Origin: Parasitella parasitica NRRL 2501
Taxonomy: Eukaryota; Fungi; Mucoromycota
Reading direction: 5' to 3'
NCBI GenBank assembly: GCA_025201805.1
Contig: MU619287.1
Coordinates: forward strand, 1-52,583
Length of the DNA: 52,583 nt
Shown: positions 24,545-36,308 of the stretch, one piece after another
How positions within the stretch are numbered: position 1 is the stretch's first letter
How the letters are laid out: the number at the start of each line of letters is the position of its first letter
Position numbers and translations under genes: made by a program
Notes under the pieces: generated by a model
Told to the model about the DNA's origin: nothing
The model's input: the letters and a program-made list of their open reading frames with translations, nothing else
The model's database searches: none

Positions 24545-25150
24545 TTTTCTTGCTGATTTTTGAAAGGAATTCGGAAAGGAAGAAAGGAGAAACAAAAAGA
24601 AAAAATATTTCTTTTTATTAAAAAACCGACCGTTTGATATATGCTGATGTGGCCACTTCCAACACCATTCCAAATGCAGTTAACAAAGAGGATGTATGCC
24701 GTCATATTTGCAAAAAAAAGGGGGTCTTGCAAGGCACAATGAGCCAAGAGACCCTCCAAATACAACCATGCATGCCATCAAAATTTGTTGTAACACACAA
24801 AATCTCGTAAAATTATAATACGTACAATTCTGAAAAATAAAAACGCTCAGAGAATCATCATTTCATAGACCCGGAACAGGGTCTGGGGTGCTACACTAAA
24901 CACACTGGTGAAGCCGCGATCTTCAAGTCATAACGCAGAACAAGTCAACATCATGAAGCACTAGAAAAAGGTAATAAGAATGTTGTGGGTGAGGCCTAGG
25001 AAGGGTGCAGGAGAACACTACAAAGCAGAAAATAATAGGATTTGTTAAAAGTGAAAGCGGCGAGGTAAAGCATACATACTTTTGTTGTGTGTGTATGTAT
25101 TTACCTGACAATAGAAAATAAAATGTGAGAAGAAAAAAAGACCAGCAATC

Positions 25151-26047
25151 ATGGGTGGGGCCAAGACGATTTTCTTTAGAGACATTGCCCAGCTCTTGCC
25201 AGTTGAGAAGAATAAATCCTGCATATGGGCCACACACATCTACAACGCTATTGACCGCTATGATTTGCTCTATCCTGTCAGACAAAACGAGACAGAGTTT
25301 ATAGAAATACTAAACAAAGTTCGTTTGGGGTATTTTGATAAAGATATCATTAAATTCATGGATCAAAGGACAGCTTACAAGAAACGCCTGCTGTTAAACT
25401 GCTTGCGCATATGCACAACACGAGAAAGGGTTAAAAATGCCAATGAAAGAGATCACAAAGGCTCTCCAAGCGAAGAAGTAAAATTCAAGGCCATTGATGC
25501 TTTTGTAGGTACTGCTGGCACTGCAAAAAAAGCGTTAAAAGAGACACGGCTTCTAGAAGATCTATGTTTGAAAGTCGGTATGCCTATGATGCTTTTACGA
25601 AATATGAGTATCAGGCTGGGCTGGGTGAATGGAACCATTGCGTGTGCCGTAAAAGTAGATGAAGATAGTATATGTTTTAGAAAGTTTTCTGACAATGATG
25701 AAGAGCATGGCGAAGTACAATTATATTGGATACAAAGAATCACAAGACAAGTATCAGGTACAAGTTATGTCAGACCACAATTTCCAATTATCCCTGCATT
25801 TGCATCCACAATACACAAAGCACAAAGTGCAACTATCAATTGTGTTGGTATGTTTTTCGACAACATGTTAACCCATGGTCAGCTCTACGTTGCAATGTCT
25901 AGGGTCAAAACGGCCTCTAACATATTGGAATTCCAAAACCCAAACAGAGACTTAATAAAGGAAGATTCAATGTTTTTAATTTACACTTGTCCTTTACAAT
26001 TAAAAAAAAATTACGTTCCTAAATTGATTCGATTTAAAAATAAATAA
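25151..26047 (+). pseudogene. PIF1-family helicase C-terminal fragment, likely transposon-borne
   Basis: DIAQLLPV (motif III), RQNETEFIEILNKVRLG, LKVGMPMMLLRN..GWVNGT, QFPIIPAFASTIHKAQ and HGQLYVAMSRV. No Walker A/B is visible and the ORF is intronless. Confidence 0.8.
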
Positions 26048-26215
26048 ACGCATTGCATGAAAGGACAACCGTACAAATGATATTAACAGGGCGTAACAAT
26101 CAATGCGGCCACAAAGTACTTTATAGAAGGTATTTATTGGATCCCTCTACCAGATATGTACACTAATAACACTACAGACCTCTTCCAGGGACTCTTAACA
26201 ATCGCCGATGTCTCT

Positions 26216-26273
26216 GTTGTCTCCAAGATATGGTAGCCAATGAAAAGCCGCCTTTTTCAAAAAACCCAAAGGG
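26216..26273 (+). repeat. Dispersed ~60-bp repeat, copy B
   Basis: Core TAGCCAATGAAAAGCCGCCTTTTTCAAAAAACCCAAAGGG, matching 16984-17044. Confidence 0.85.
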
Positions 26274-26655
26274 CAGGCTGTTGGCGCAACTTCAATTGAG
26301 AGAGTCATCCCATTCGCTGAAAAGAAAAGCAAGAATGCAATACGGTATACTGCCTTGAGGCTAGATAAATCTTTGGCGAATCAACTAAAGTGAAGGGTAT
26401 CATGGATCTCTTTTATATGTTTGCATGTCAAAAGTTCTTCTTGTATTGGCGTTTCACAGATCTCTTGGTCCTAACAATCAACTGTTGGAGACCAACTGTG
26501 TGCCTTTAGCATTGACTCATCTTTAGTATATGCGTCAAAAATTCAAAGCCACCCAAATTTTTTGCCTATAAAAAGCATCAGGAGGCATGAGAGAAATGCG
26601 TTTTCTCTCAGATATTACTTACTACCATCACAACAATAACCCAAAAAAAAAAACC

Positions 26656-28855
26656 ATGTCTTCAGCTGAAAAGTTTGACAGAGCTGCTCTTGAGGTATTC
26701 ATCATTTCTGATCTAGTATAAAGTTTTCGCATAGAAAATGAACACTCGCATTAACCACAGCCATGTCAAAATCACTCTAGCAACTTGTTACCCAACGCTT
26801 TTTCTACGCGCCTTCTTTCCAGATTTACGGTGGTAGAGTATACATAAGCTGCGCATTAGATATCTGTTGTCTTAATTGGCATATGTTTAGGCGTCGCCGG
26901 TCTTTACGATTTCGGCCCATCTGGTTGTGCTCTCTTGAACAACATTATTGCTCTCTGGCGTAGCCACTTTGTCTTGGAGGAAGAGATGCTTGAGGTCGAC
27001 ACCACCATCATGACCACCTACGACGTCCTCAAAACCTCTGGCCACGTCGACAAATTCTCTGATTTCATGTGCAAAGACTTGAAAAACGGCGAGATTTTCA
27101 GAGCTGATCATGTCATTGAGGCTGTCCTCGAGGCCCGTCTTCAAGGCGACAAGGAAGCAAAGGCCGCCAAGGCTGGAAAGACTGCCGAGGAAATTGCCGC
27201 CCAAGCCGCTGCAGATGCAGCAGCTAAAACTGACAAGAAAAAAAAGAAAAAGAAGGGCGTGGTTGTTGCCGTCGAGTTGGCCGACGAGGTGCGTCAATCT
27301 TACGAGGAGTGTTTGGCCCAAATCGACAACTATGGCGGCGAAGAATTAACTGCCATCATGAAGAAGTTTGATATCCGTTCTCCTGAATCTGGCAACGAGC
27401 TCTCTGAGCCCAATGCGTTCAATCTGATGTTTGAGTCTTTGATCGGTCCTACTGGTCAACTGAAGGGGTAAGTGTTTTTTTTTTTCCCTTTTTGACATGT
27501 ATGTCTGTGTCGAGTGTATTCATCTTGTGCCACAGTTTTTTGCGTCCTGAAACTGCTCAAGGCCAATTCCTCAACTTTAAAAAGCTCCTCGAATTCAACA
27601 ACGACAAGATGCCTTTTGCCTCTGCTCAGGTGGGTCGTTCTTTCCGTAACGAGATCTCCCCTCGCTCTGGTCTTTTGCGTGTCCGGTAAGAAAAAATACA
27701 CAAAATGCAGCGTAAAAAAAAAAAAAAAAATAACACCAACGTGTGTTTGTATATAGTGAATTCACCATGGCCGAGATTGAGCATTATGTTGACCCTGAGA
27801 ACAAGGACCATAGCAAGTTTGATGACATCAAGGATGTAGAGTTGACCTTATTGCCCAAGGATGTTCAGATGAGCGGCAAGACTGACACTATTCAGATGAC
27901 TGTGGGAGATGCTGTTGCAAAGAAGATTATCGATAACCAAACCCTTGGCTACTTCATTGCCCGTATTTACCAATTCTTGGACAAGATTGGTATCAAGAGT
28001 GATCGTCTTCGTTTCCGTCAGCACATGGACAACGAAATGGCTCACTACGCTTGTGATTGTTGGGATGCTGAAATCAAGACCAGTTACGGCTGGATCGAAT
28101 GTGTTGGCTGTGCGGATCGTTCTGCTTACGACTTGACTGTCCATTCAAAGCGAACTGACGAAAAGTTGATTGTACGTGAACAATTGCGTGAACCTCATGT
28201 CGTCGAATGCTGGCAGGTTGAGATCGACAAGAAGACTTTTGGCCCCAAGTTCAAAAAGGAAGCCAAGGCCGTTGAAGAAGCCTTAATGTCCTTGTCTGAC
28301 GATCAGTATGCTCAGCTCTCCAAGGACTTGGAGGCTAATGGCACTGGCTCCGTTCAAGTCAATGGGGAAGCTGTTCAGCTCGGTAAGGATATTGTCACTG
28401 TCAAACGTGGCACTATTACAGAGCATATCCGTGAATACACTCCCAATGTCATTGAGCCTTCGTTTGGTATTGGCCGTATTCTCTACTCTCTTTTAGAGCA
28501 TAGTTGGTGGGTCCGTGAAGATGATGAAGCGCGCAACGTCCTCTCTTTCCCGACTGTCGTCGCTCCCTTCAAATGCTGTCTTTTGCCTCTTTCCGGAAAC
28601 GCTGAATTCGAACCCTTTGTCCGCAAATACTCTAGTGCGCTTCGTAAAGCCGGCGTTTCCCTTCGTACGGATGACAGCAAGACCTCCATTGGCCGTAGAT
28701 ATGCTCGTAATGACGAACTCGGCATTCCTTATGCCATTACCATTGATTTCGATACTGTTAAGGATGGTACTGTCACTCTGCGTGAGCGTGATTCCACCAA
28801 GCAGACTCGTGACACATTTGAGAACATCTTGCAGACTCTTGTCGATGCCAACTAG
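26656..28855 (+). CDS. GRS1: Glycyl-tRNA synthetase (eukaryotic homodimeric type)
   Basis: [70 protein letters not shown] and anticodon-binding [13 protein letters not shown]. Four introns and strong codon bias. Confidence 0.97.
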
Positions 28856-29125
28856 AAAGATTGTACCAATTTTGGTTTTTTAATGCTCTCAGTCTTTATT
28901 ATCTTACTTTCACATTTATAAATTAGTTGTATCAATTAATAAAATTTTTGTCTTTCTTCGTGTATTTGTGTGTGTATGTGTGTGTGTGATGCAAATAGGT
29001 TGTAGTTGCTTGATTCAGGTGTGTTTGCTCGCTGCCGCCCTTGTTTATTTATATCCCGAAATGTGCCGCAGTTTCTTGGTATAAAAGCAGAGAATTTTTG
29101 CTTGAGTATTATCATCCACTTGAAC

Positions 29126-30785
29126 ATGTCTCTTGAAAGCTGGGCTATCGATAAATTAAGCGTTTTTCTGGGCTTTGACCCAGAGACCTTGCAATCTCAA
29201 ATCTTGCCATATCTGCTGACGAGCGACTCTCCAGATGCTTTTGCTGAACAGCTTATGGTAACAAAGTAGATACAGAAACGCGCCGCACATGTATTCACGT
29301 TTTTTGTATTCAGGATATGGTAGGCACAAGCGACGAAGCATTGTCATTCATTCAAGAATTCACACAACGTCGCTTCGGCCCAAAACAAGCACCCGAGCAA
29401 AGCCAAACATATCTCAAGCCAAAGCCAAAGCCAAAGCCAAAGCCATCGGCTGCTGTTTCTTTAGCAAAAGCAAGCGCTTCATCGTCACCTTTGACCTCGT
29501 CTATTCCCGATGCACAATTAGAGGGCTCATTCCCATCGTTACCTTCCAATCAGCAACCATATGAAACAGCTTGGCCAGCCAATATTAGTGTGCATCAAAA
29601 GAAGGAAGACGAATACTTTGCAGGGTAAGGAGCATCGGCTATGTTTTCTTAATGATCTTTTTTATTTTATTTTATTTTATTTATTGATCCATCAACAGAT
29701 TGCGTAAAAATAAAAGATCCAAGAACAAAAACAACGAGCTTCGTGCAGCAGCGTTCCCACCTGAAAGCAAGCCGGCATCTGCTGCGCCCAAGAAGGAGAA
29801 GAAGCCTAATAAAAAGGAAATGACACTGGAGGCAGCCTTAAAAGAGCTCGATATCAAGACGGAAAAACCGGGCAAAAAGCGGAAACCCTGTCAATGCCAA
29901 GCGACAAAACACCCATTGCTCACAGCAGCGCCCAACTGCTTGAGTTGCGGCAAAATCATCTGCACAGCGGAAGGTGTCGGGCCCTGTTCATTTTGTGGAT
30001 CACCCGTACTATCCAAAGACCAGCAAATTGCTCTGATTGCTGAAGCGAAAAAGAAACGGGCAGATCAAAAGCAAACGCAAAACCAACCTTCAAAACGAGC
30101 TGCTAGGAGCGATCAAGCTGGTGTGAAACCGGCCTACGCATCCAGGCTTGGCGACGGTGTCAGCATCGACAGTTTCAATTCGACACCCTATCAAAGCAGC
30201 GACGACGATGACAGCAGATTAAAAGCAGAGCGGCATAAAGAAAAACTGCTGGAATTTCAAAGAACCAGTGCTCAGAGAAGTACTGTTATTGATCAGGCTA
30301 CTGATTTTGAGTTACCAACGGATCAAGCCAATCCCTGGCTAACACCACAAGAACGGGCATTGATGATCAAAAGGCAGCAATCCAATTTGAAGCGTATTGA
30401 GAAAAAGGGGACAAGTAATAGACATAAAGTAATGACTATTGATGTTCAAACAAGGCAGGTCAGGGTACAGGACGCCGATTCTTCGTCTTCTTCTTCAGAC
30501 GATGATGACACCGAGAAGAAGCCTGTGACAAAGATGGACTTGTCGAAAAAAGAAACTGCTGCCGACGATGGTTCTGTAGGCACCTATGCCTATAATCCCT
30601 TGCTGAAAGGTATCGAAGCGCCAAAATTCGTCGGCAAGTCGACAAAAAAGACCAGAGGTCAGTTGAGAAGAAAAGAACGAGTGCAATATGATGTAGATGA
30701 TATTATGAATGACTATGTGTTGGCATCAAGTGTGAATTACGATGACGCTATTGATCCTGTCAATGAGCCTATTACTTGCGGTTGA
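29126..30785 (+). CDS. TRIP4/ASC-1 (Rqt4-like) C2HC5 zinc-finger protein
   Basis: CQCQATKHPLLTAAPNCLSCGKIICTAEGVGPCSFCG, KLLEFQRTSAQRSTVIDQATDF and a PWI-like N-terminus. Two introns. Confidence 0.88.
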
Positions 30786-33346
30786 CACATAATAAAGGAT
30801 TACTGCTGTGATTCCCCATTCATAGCAGCCTTTTCAGTCTGAAGTTTGCATGTTGGATGACAATAAAACGATTGAAAAAAGCCATGTCGTGGAATTGTTG
30901 GCATGTTGATCAAACAACTCGCACAAACTGCTGCTAGTAAACTTGGCCACCTCGGCATTTCTGTTTTGACAGCATAAAATGGGTTGTCATGCATAAATCA
31001 ACCAAAAGATATATAAAAAGCGGGCTTATTTCTATTTTGTATCCAGATGGGCTATTTTTAATCGAAACTGATATTCTTTCAAGAATTTGAGAGATGTGTT
31101 GTTATTTAGCCTATAGAGAAAAAGTTTGAGCATGTGTAAATTGTCTGCTCTATTTATTAATGTAATTTGAAAAAGTCATAAAGTCTTGAAATGCAATTAT
31201 TTATTTAAAAAACTCAATCTAATCAATTTATACAATTCAATACAAGGTTGTATTTGCGATGAAAAATAAAAATAAAAATAAAAATAAAAAAAACAATATT
31301 CTTTGGTATTATATTGGGCCTACGAGGGATTTAAGACCGAAAGACGAGTACTTTTTTTATTAGAAATGGATCAAATGTATCAAGTAATGGACGAATGTAT
31401 GTGGACCAAACGTCTTGCCATATAAAAACTTTTGAATAAATTACAAGTATTTGGGCTTGAGGTCAGACAATACTCTCGTCCGTTCAATGCTAATTTTGGC
31501 GGTAAATGATGAAATCGCCAGATCATGCGAATAAAAGCGGCGAACAGATCATTTGACTTCCCAAGCTTTAAAGAAATATTTATTAAGGTTCATGTAAGCA
31601 ATGCATCGATACATTTGGTACGGATCGGTGCTATAGGATAACTCTCAAGAACAATTTGAAAACTTTGCTCCATACATTAAATTTTATTTTTGTGGGCAGT
31701 CGACTACCAGAACATCACATTTGTCATCTTCTACTTTCAATTTGCCTACTAAAGTGAGCAGATCAGTTGAAGCATTGTTTGTGTATCATACGATGTCATA
31801 CAATTCTCGCCGAGTAATGCATGAACATCTCATAAATACTCTAATTTGGAGACATTGTATGCTTGAATAAAGTCCTTTGATTTTGTGATACAGATCCACA
31901 CTAATTAAACAGAACGAAATGTGTGTGGAGTTGAATGATTTGGACATCTCTAAAAAAAAAAAAAAAAAAAAGTGCAAGGTCATATTAGTCATTGTTGGTG
32001 CAAATATCAAATACATGTGCTCATAAATAAAATTGGAGCGATGCATTACAATCAACCAAAAGGTCTATCTTTATACGTGCTTGTGTATAAAGAAGTGATA
32101 GGCGGTCAAATAATGCTCACACATAGGTGTATATACTACATCGATTAAATGGCATGTAGTACTTTCATTCATGCACGCAAGTGTCATATAAAACCATACC
32201 ACCTAAAAACTTGAATTTAACAATATTTGCGAAACAACTCCTTAAAAAAGTTTTGTTTATCTTACGGAATTCTGATCTTGTTTATATGAATGTATGGCAT
32301 GGAAGAACAATACATGATGGGCTTGTGCGTGCATAAAGTGTTATTTGTTGATGTAAAGTAGTTTGCTTCAGGGGGGGGGGGAGCAAACGAAAGGTTATTT
32401 TTATAAGCGTTCTCGATAGTCTCACAAGAGAGCATCTAGATGTTCTCTGTTGTTCTGTAGTAAACTTGCTGCTGTATTTTGGAACACTTGAACATTTTGC
32501 TTTAACGCCCAAAAATCGACAGCACACAAGATTATCCAAAAATCATGATGCGGTGGTTTCCAACTTGAATAACACAGATGCTGCTTATGCTTCAAGTTTT
32601 TTTTTTGTTTAGAGTGTGTGTTGTATATGATTCTGTTTATATAGAAAGAATTATAGTCAAATGTAACATGATTTCTTGTACGACCTATTTGGAGGATATA
32701 TTGCTTTTTTAGTACTTTTTGATGTTGTGGAATTGCAGGTTGCACAAGAAATTAAATGAAAAATGGAAATAGTTTATGATTTAATGTTTCTTTTGCAAAT
32801 ACGTACAGGCACACATGATTGTGAGAACTTTGCCAAAAAAAAACATGTAAATCGTGAGCAAGGTTTCTGTATTTAAGCATCATGCAAGGGGGGGGGGGGA
32901 AAGAGACTTCAAGGAGCTTATCATCATCATATTATAGTTTATAAATATGTACAACCCAATTTTTTTTTTTTTTTTGACTTGTGGCCTTTCAAGACTAAAA
33001 GATGTTACACATTGAAGGTGGTGTGATTTTTAATGAATCATTTTGCCAAAACGTAATAACCGAGAAAAATCACATTTATATTTATATTATTTATTAAATG
33101 CTATCAAATGTAATGTGTATTCAAGCGTGCAAGTGTGCGTGTGAGGGAGGTGCTTTGGAGAAATGTTTAAATATATGTATAATAATAAAAATAGTAAGTA
33201 ATAGTAAGTAAATTATGATAACATGTAAGAAAATGATAGCTGATGTAATAAGCATTAATAAAGATGGGGATGCTACTAATTAACATCTTCATCACACACA
33301 CAAAAAGCTAAGCTATTTCATTGGTTTTACCGAGATTTCATTCTTT

Positions 33347-35097
33347 TTAAGCAGTTGCTTGAACAGCAGGTGCAGTAGTGGCAGCAGGTGCAGCAACGGC
33401 TTCCTCTTCTTGGCTCTTGGCAGCAGTAGGTTCCTCTTGTTCTTTGGCAGCTTCAACAGCATCTTCTACAGCAGGAGCTGCAGGTTCTTCGGCTGTTTCT
33501 GTAGCAGTAGTGGGCTCTTCCTTCTTCTCGGCAGGCTTCTTCTTGTTAGAGAATCCGCGGATCATTTGAGTAAGACGACGACCCAAAGGAGATCCAGAAC
33601 GTTTGACCTCAGGAGACTTGGGGGCAGCAGCAGTCGATTCAGCAGCGGCTACAAAAACAAATTTAGTGGTTAAATGATGAAATGACCATGTTGTACATGC
33701 ATGTAAAAGAAAGCAGAACAACAAACATATGTTCTGTAGTATGCAAAGTTACACATATTCACATGTGCTTCCATTCATAGTTTCAAAAGCAAATAGATGG
33801 GTTGATGGATTGTTAAACTTACCAGCAGATTCTGCTGCAGCAGGCTCATCGGCAGTGGCAGTGGCTTCAGCTGCTGGTTCAGTTGCAGCAACTTCAGCAG
33901 TGTCAGCAGCCTCAGTAGCAGCAGGCTGGTCTTCCTTCTTGTCTTTCTTGAATAATTTACCGAGGGGGCCCTTCTTGATGGTGTCAATTACATTGTCCTT
34001 GTGTTCCTTGGTAGTGGTAGTAGCAGGAGCAGCGACGGCTTCTTCTTCAACGACAGCACCCGATGTGGCAGTAGCAGCAGCATCGGCGGCGACGGCAGGA
34101 GCCTCCTGATTTTCCTTTTCAACGACTGTTTCAACTTGATTAGCGACTAGAGAAACAAAAATGAACCAGAATGAATACGCCATCAGTGTGCGATGCATTC
34201 AGAAATTTACCTTGAGGAGCTGGTTCTTCAATCTTTTCGGCTTCTTTAGCTTGGGCTGGAGTCTAGGAAGATATAAAAAAAAAAAAAAACAGCTTTAGTA
34301 ATGGTTGTAACACAACGAAAGCATTTTTGAAAGGTAGATCACAAAATTATGATGTACAGTTTTAAAATAGACCATCATCGTAACAACATAGGAACCCAAA
34401 GGGTCACACCAGCCTTGCTGATGTTGAACCTTCTTTGGGAAAAGCCCATGGAGCAACTACATGGATTCAACTCTCCGCCCCTTTTTGTGGACAAGAGAAT
34501 CTGATCCGACAAGATATCGTAATATATTACCTTGCTGCGGAAGATGTTACCCAAGATAGATTTGCGCTTCTCGTGCTTGGGCTTTTCGACATGAGTTTCT
34601 TCAGTAGCTGGTGCAGGTGCAGCAGCAGCAGCAGCAGCAGCAGCCTCTGTCGATTCAGCGTCATTTGCAGGAGCTTCAGTTTCTGTAGCAGTAGTAGCAG
34701 GAACAGCAGGCTCCTCTACAGTAACAGCAGCAGCAACAGGAGGCTCTTCTTCAGTCTCGGTTGTTTCAGGAGTCTCCTTTTTGGCCGGCTTCTTATCAGA
34801 GACCTTCTTATCAACAAAGGTCTTTGCTTTACCCAACAAGAGCGAGAGACGCTTGGATGTTGTGTTGGATTTGCTAGTAGCAGGTGTAGGAGCTGCAGCG
34901 GCAGGTTCCTCGGAGGTAGCAGCTACAGGAGTCTCATTGGCAACAGGTTCTTCAACAAGGGGAGAAGCGGCAGCAGCCTCAGTGGGAGCAGTGATAGCAG
35001 CGTCAGTGGCAGTTGCGGTGGTTGTGGCTTCAGCAGTGACAGGTGTGTCGACAACGGCAGCTGTGGTAGCAGTAGGTTCAGTAGGTTCAGTAGACAT
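33347..35097 (-). CDS. Ala/Glu/Thr/Pro-rich intrinsically disordered protein with repeated basic amphipathic motifs
   Basis: Four exons join in frame: 35097-34531, 34262-34211, 34146-33823, 33648-33347. Biased codon usage; no globular domain recognised. Confidence 0.8.
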
Positions 35098-35165
35098 TTT
35101 TATTTTAAATTGAAGAAAAAGAGAGAAAGAAGAAGAATAAGAGAATTAACTTGCAATGTCAATTT

Positions 35166-35169
<4 letters not shown>

Positions 35170-35226
<57 letters not shown>
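35170..35226. repeat. ~57-bp poly(dT:dA) tract upstream of the disordered-protein gene
   Basis: Read directly. Confidence 0.95.
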
Positions 35227-35562
35227 CTAATGGCACTAAATCAGACCTTTCACAACATAAGGTTACATTGATGCTAATAGCGGGGCATTTGTAAGGTTGC
35301 TGATAGGGCGATCGACCTCTCCTCGTTCTTGTTGAATCGGCTCAAGTGACATGATGCAACAGGCGCGAACAGATCAGCAGAGTAGATGACATATATCCTG
35401 TTTCTCCCTCAATTCAACTATTCAACAACTCTCTCTCACACACACGCACGCACACGCACACACAAACACATGCACGCATAATAAACTGAATGCACGTGAT
35501 ACGCAAATGCACAACATGTAGTTTCTTAATTCTTTATTGAAGAAAAAAATCAAGGGCAATAT

Positions 35563-36308
35563 TTAGGCACGAGCAAGACGAGCATTGCGGGCCAATTGAC
35601 GAGCATTGAGCTTGACAACCTTCTTGTCATCAGCACGGGGAACAACCTCATCCTTTTCAGTAAGAACGACCTCAATGTGAGAGGGAGAAGACATGAAGGG
35701 ATTGATTCTACCGTGAGCACGATAAGTACGACGACGATGCTTGGGAGCTTGGTTAACAACGATGCTGGAGATATAAAGTTCCTCAACATTCAAACCCTTG
35801 GCCTATTACACACAACAAGAGTAAGTAACCTCTTTTTCTCTCTCTCTCTCTCTCTCTTTACACATCTTTGATATACATACCTCAGCATTGCTTTCAGCGT
35901 TCTTCAACAAGTCAGTAACAAACTTGACAGACTTGACGGGCCAGCGACCTTGAGTGGTGCCGAATTCCTTGGCTTGAGAAGCACGACCAACACCACCGTT
36001 GAATTTGCGGAAAGGAATAACTTGCTTGTGTTCGGTAACGTTGTTGAGGTAAGCATAGGCCTTACTCAACTTCAATCCCTTGACAGCAACAGCGACTTCG
36101 TGGGTGTTTTTGAACTATAAAGAATAATCAGTACGCAAATCTCTTTGACTCAAAACAACATACGTGAACACGAAGGTAGGAACCTCTGGACTTGGCAGCT
36201 GTATAAAAAAAAAAAAAAAAAAGGTGGATTTAGTGTCTTGTGCAGACGTATTCAACGATAAAACTTACCCTTAGCAGGGTTGGCTGGGGTAGCAGCGTAT
36301 CTGACCAT
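35563..36308 (-). CDS. RPL17: 60S ribosomal protein L17 (uL22)
   Basis: [11 protein letters not shown]...[23 protein letters not shown] and [22 protein letters not shown]. Three introns. Confidence 0.97.

Noticed and set aside
24867-24900. Hairpin AGACCC-N6-GGGTCT followed by CTAA as a Helitron 3' end
   Set aside because: The stem is only 6 bp, CTRR is not followed by T, and it lies upstream rather than downstream of the helicase fragment.
16984-26273. Dispersed 60-bp repeat as a centromere motif or CRISPR-like repeat
   Set aside because: Only two copies 9 kb apart in gene-containing eukaryotic DNA, with no array structure.
26887-28725. Antisense and alternate-frame ORFs over GRS1 (likewise over YME1, TRS85 and the Ala-rich gene)
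   Set aside because: Expected by-products of codon bias in real genes.
34395-34486. tRNA-Sec, TPP riboswitch or definite U11 call for the intronic hairpins
   Set aside because: No acceptor/T-stem pairing, no CUGAGA core, and no U11 closing helix or 3' stem-loop after the Sm-like site. Kept only as an unclassified structure.
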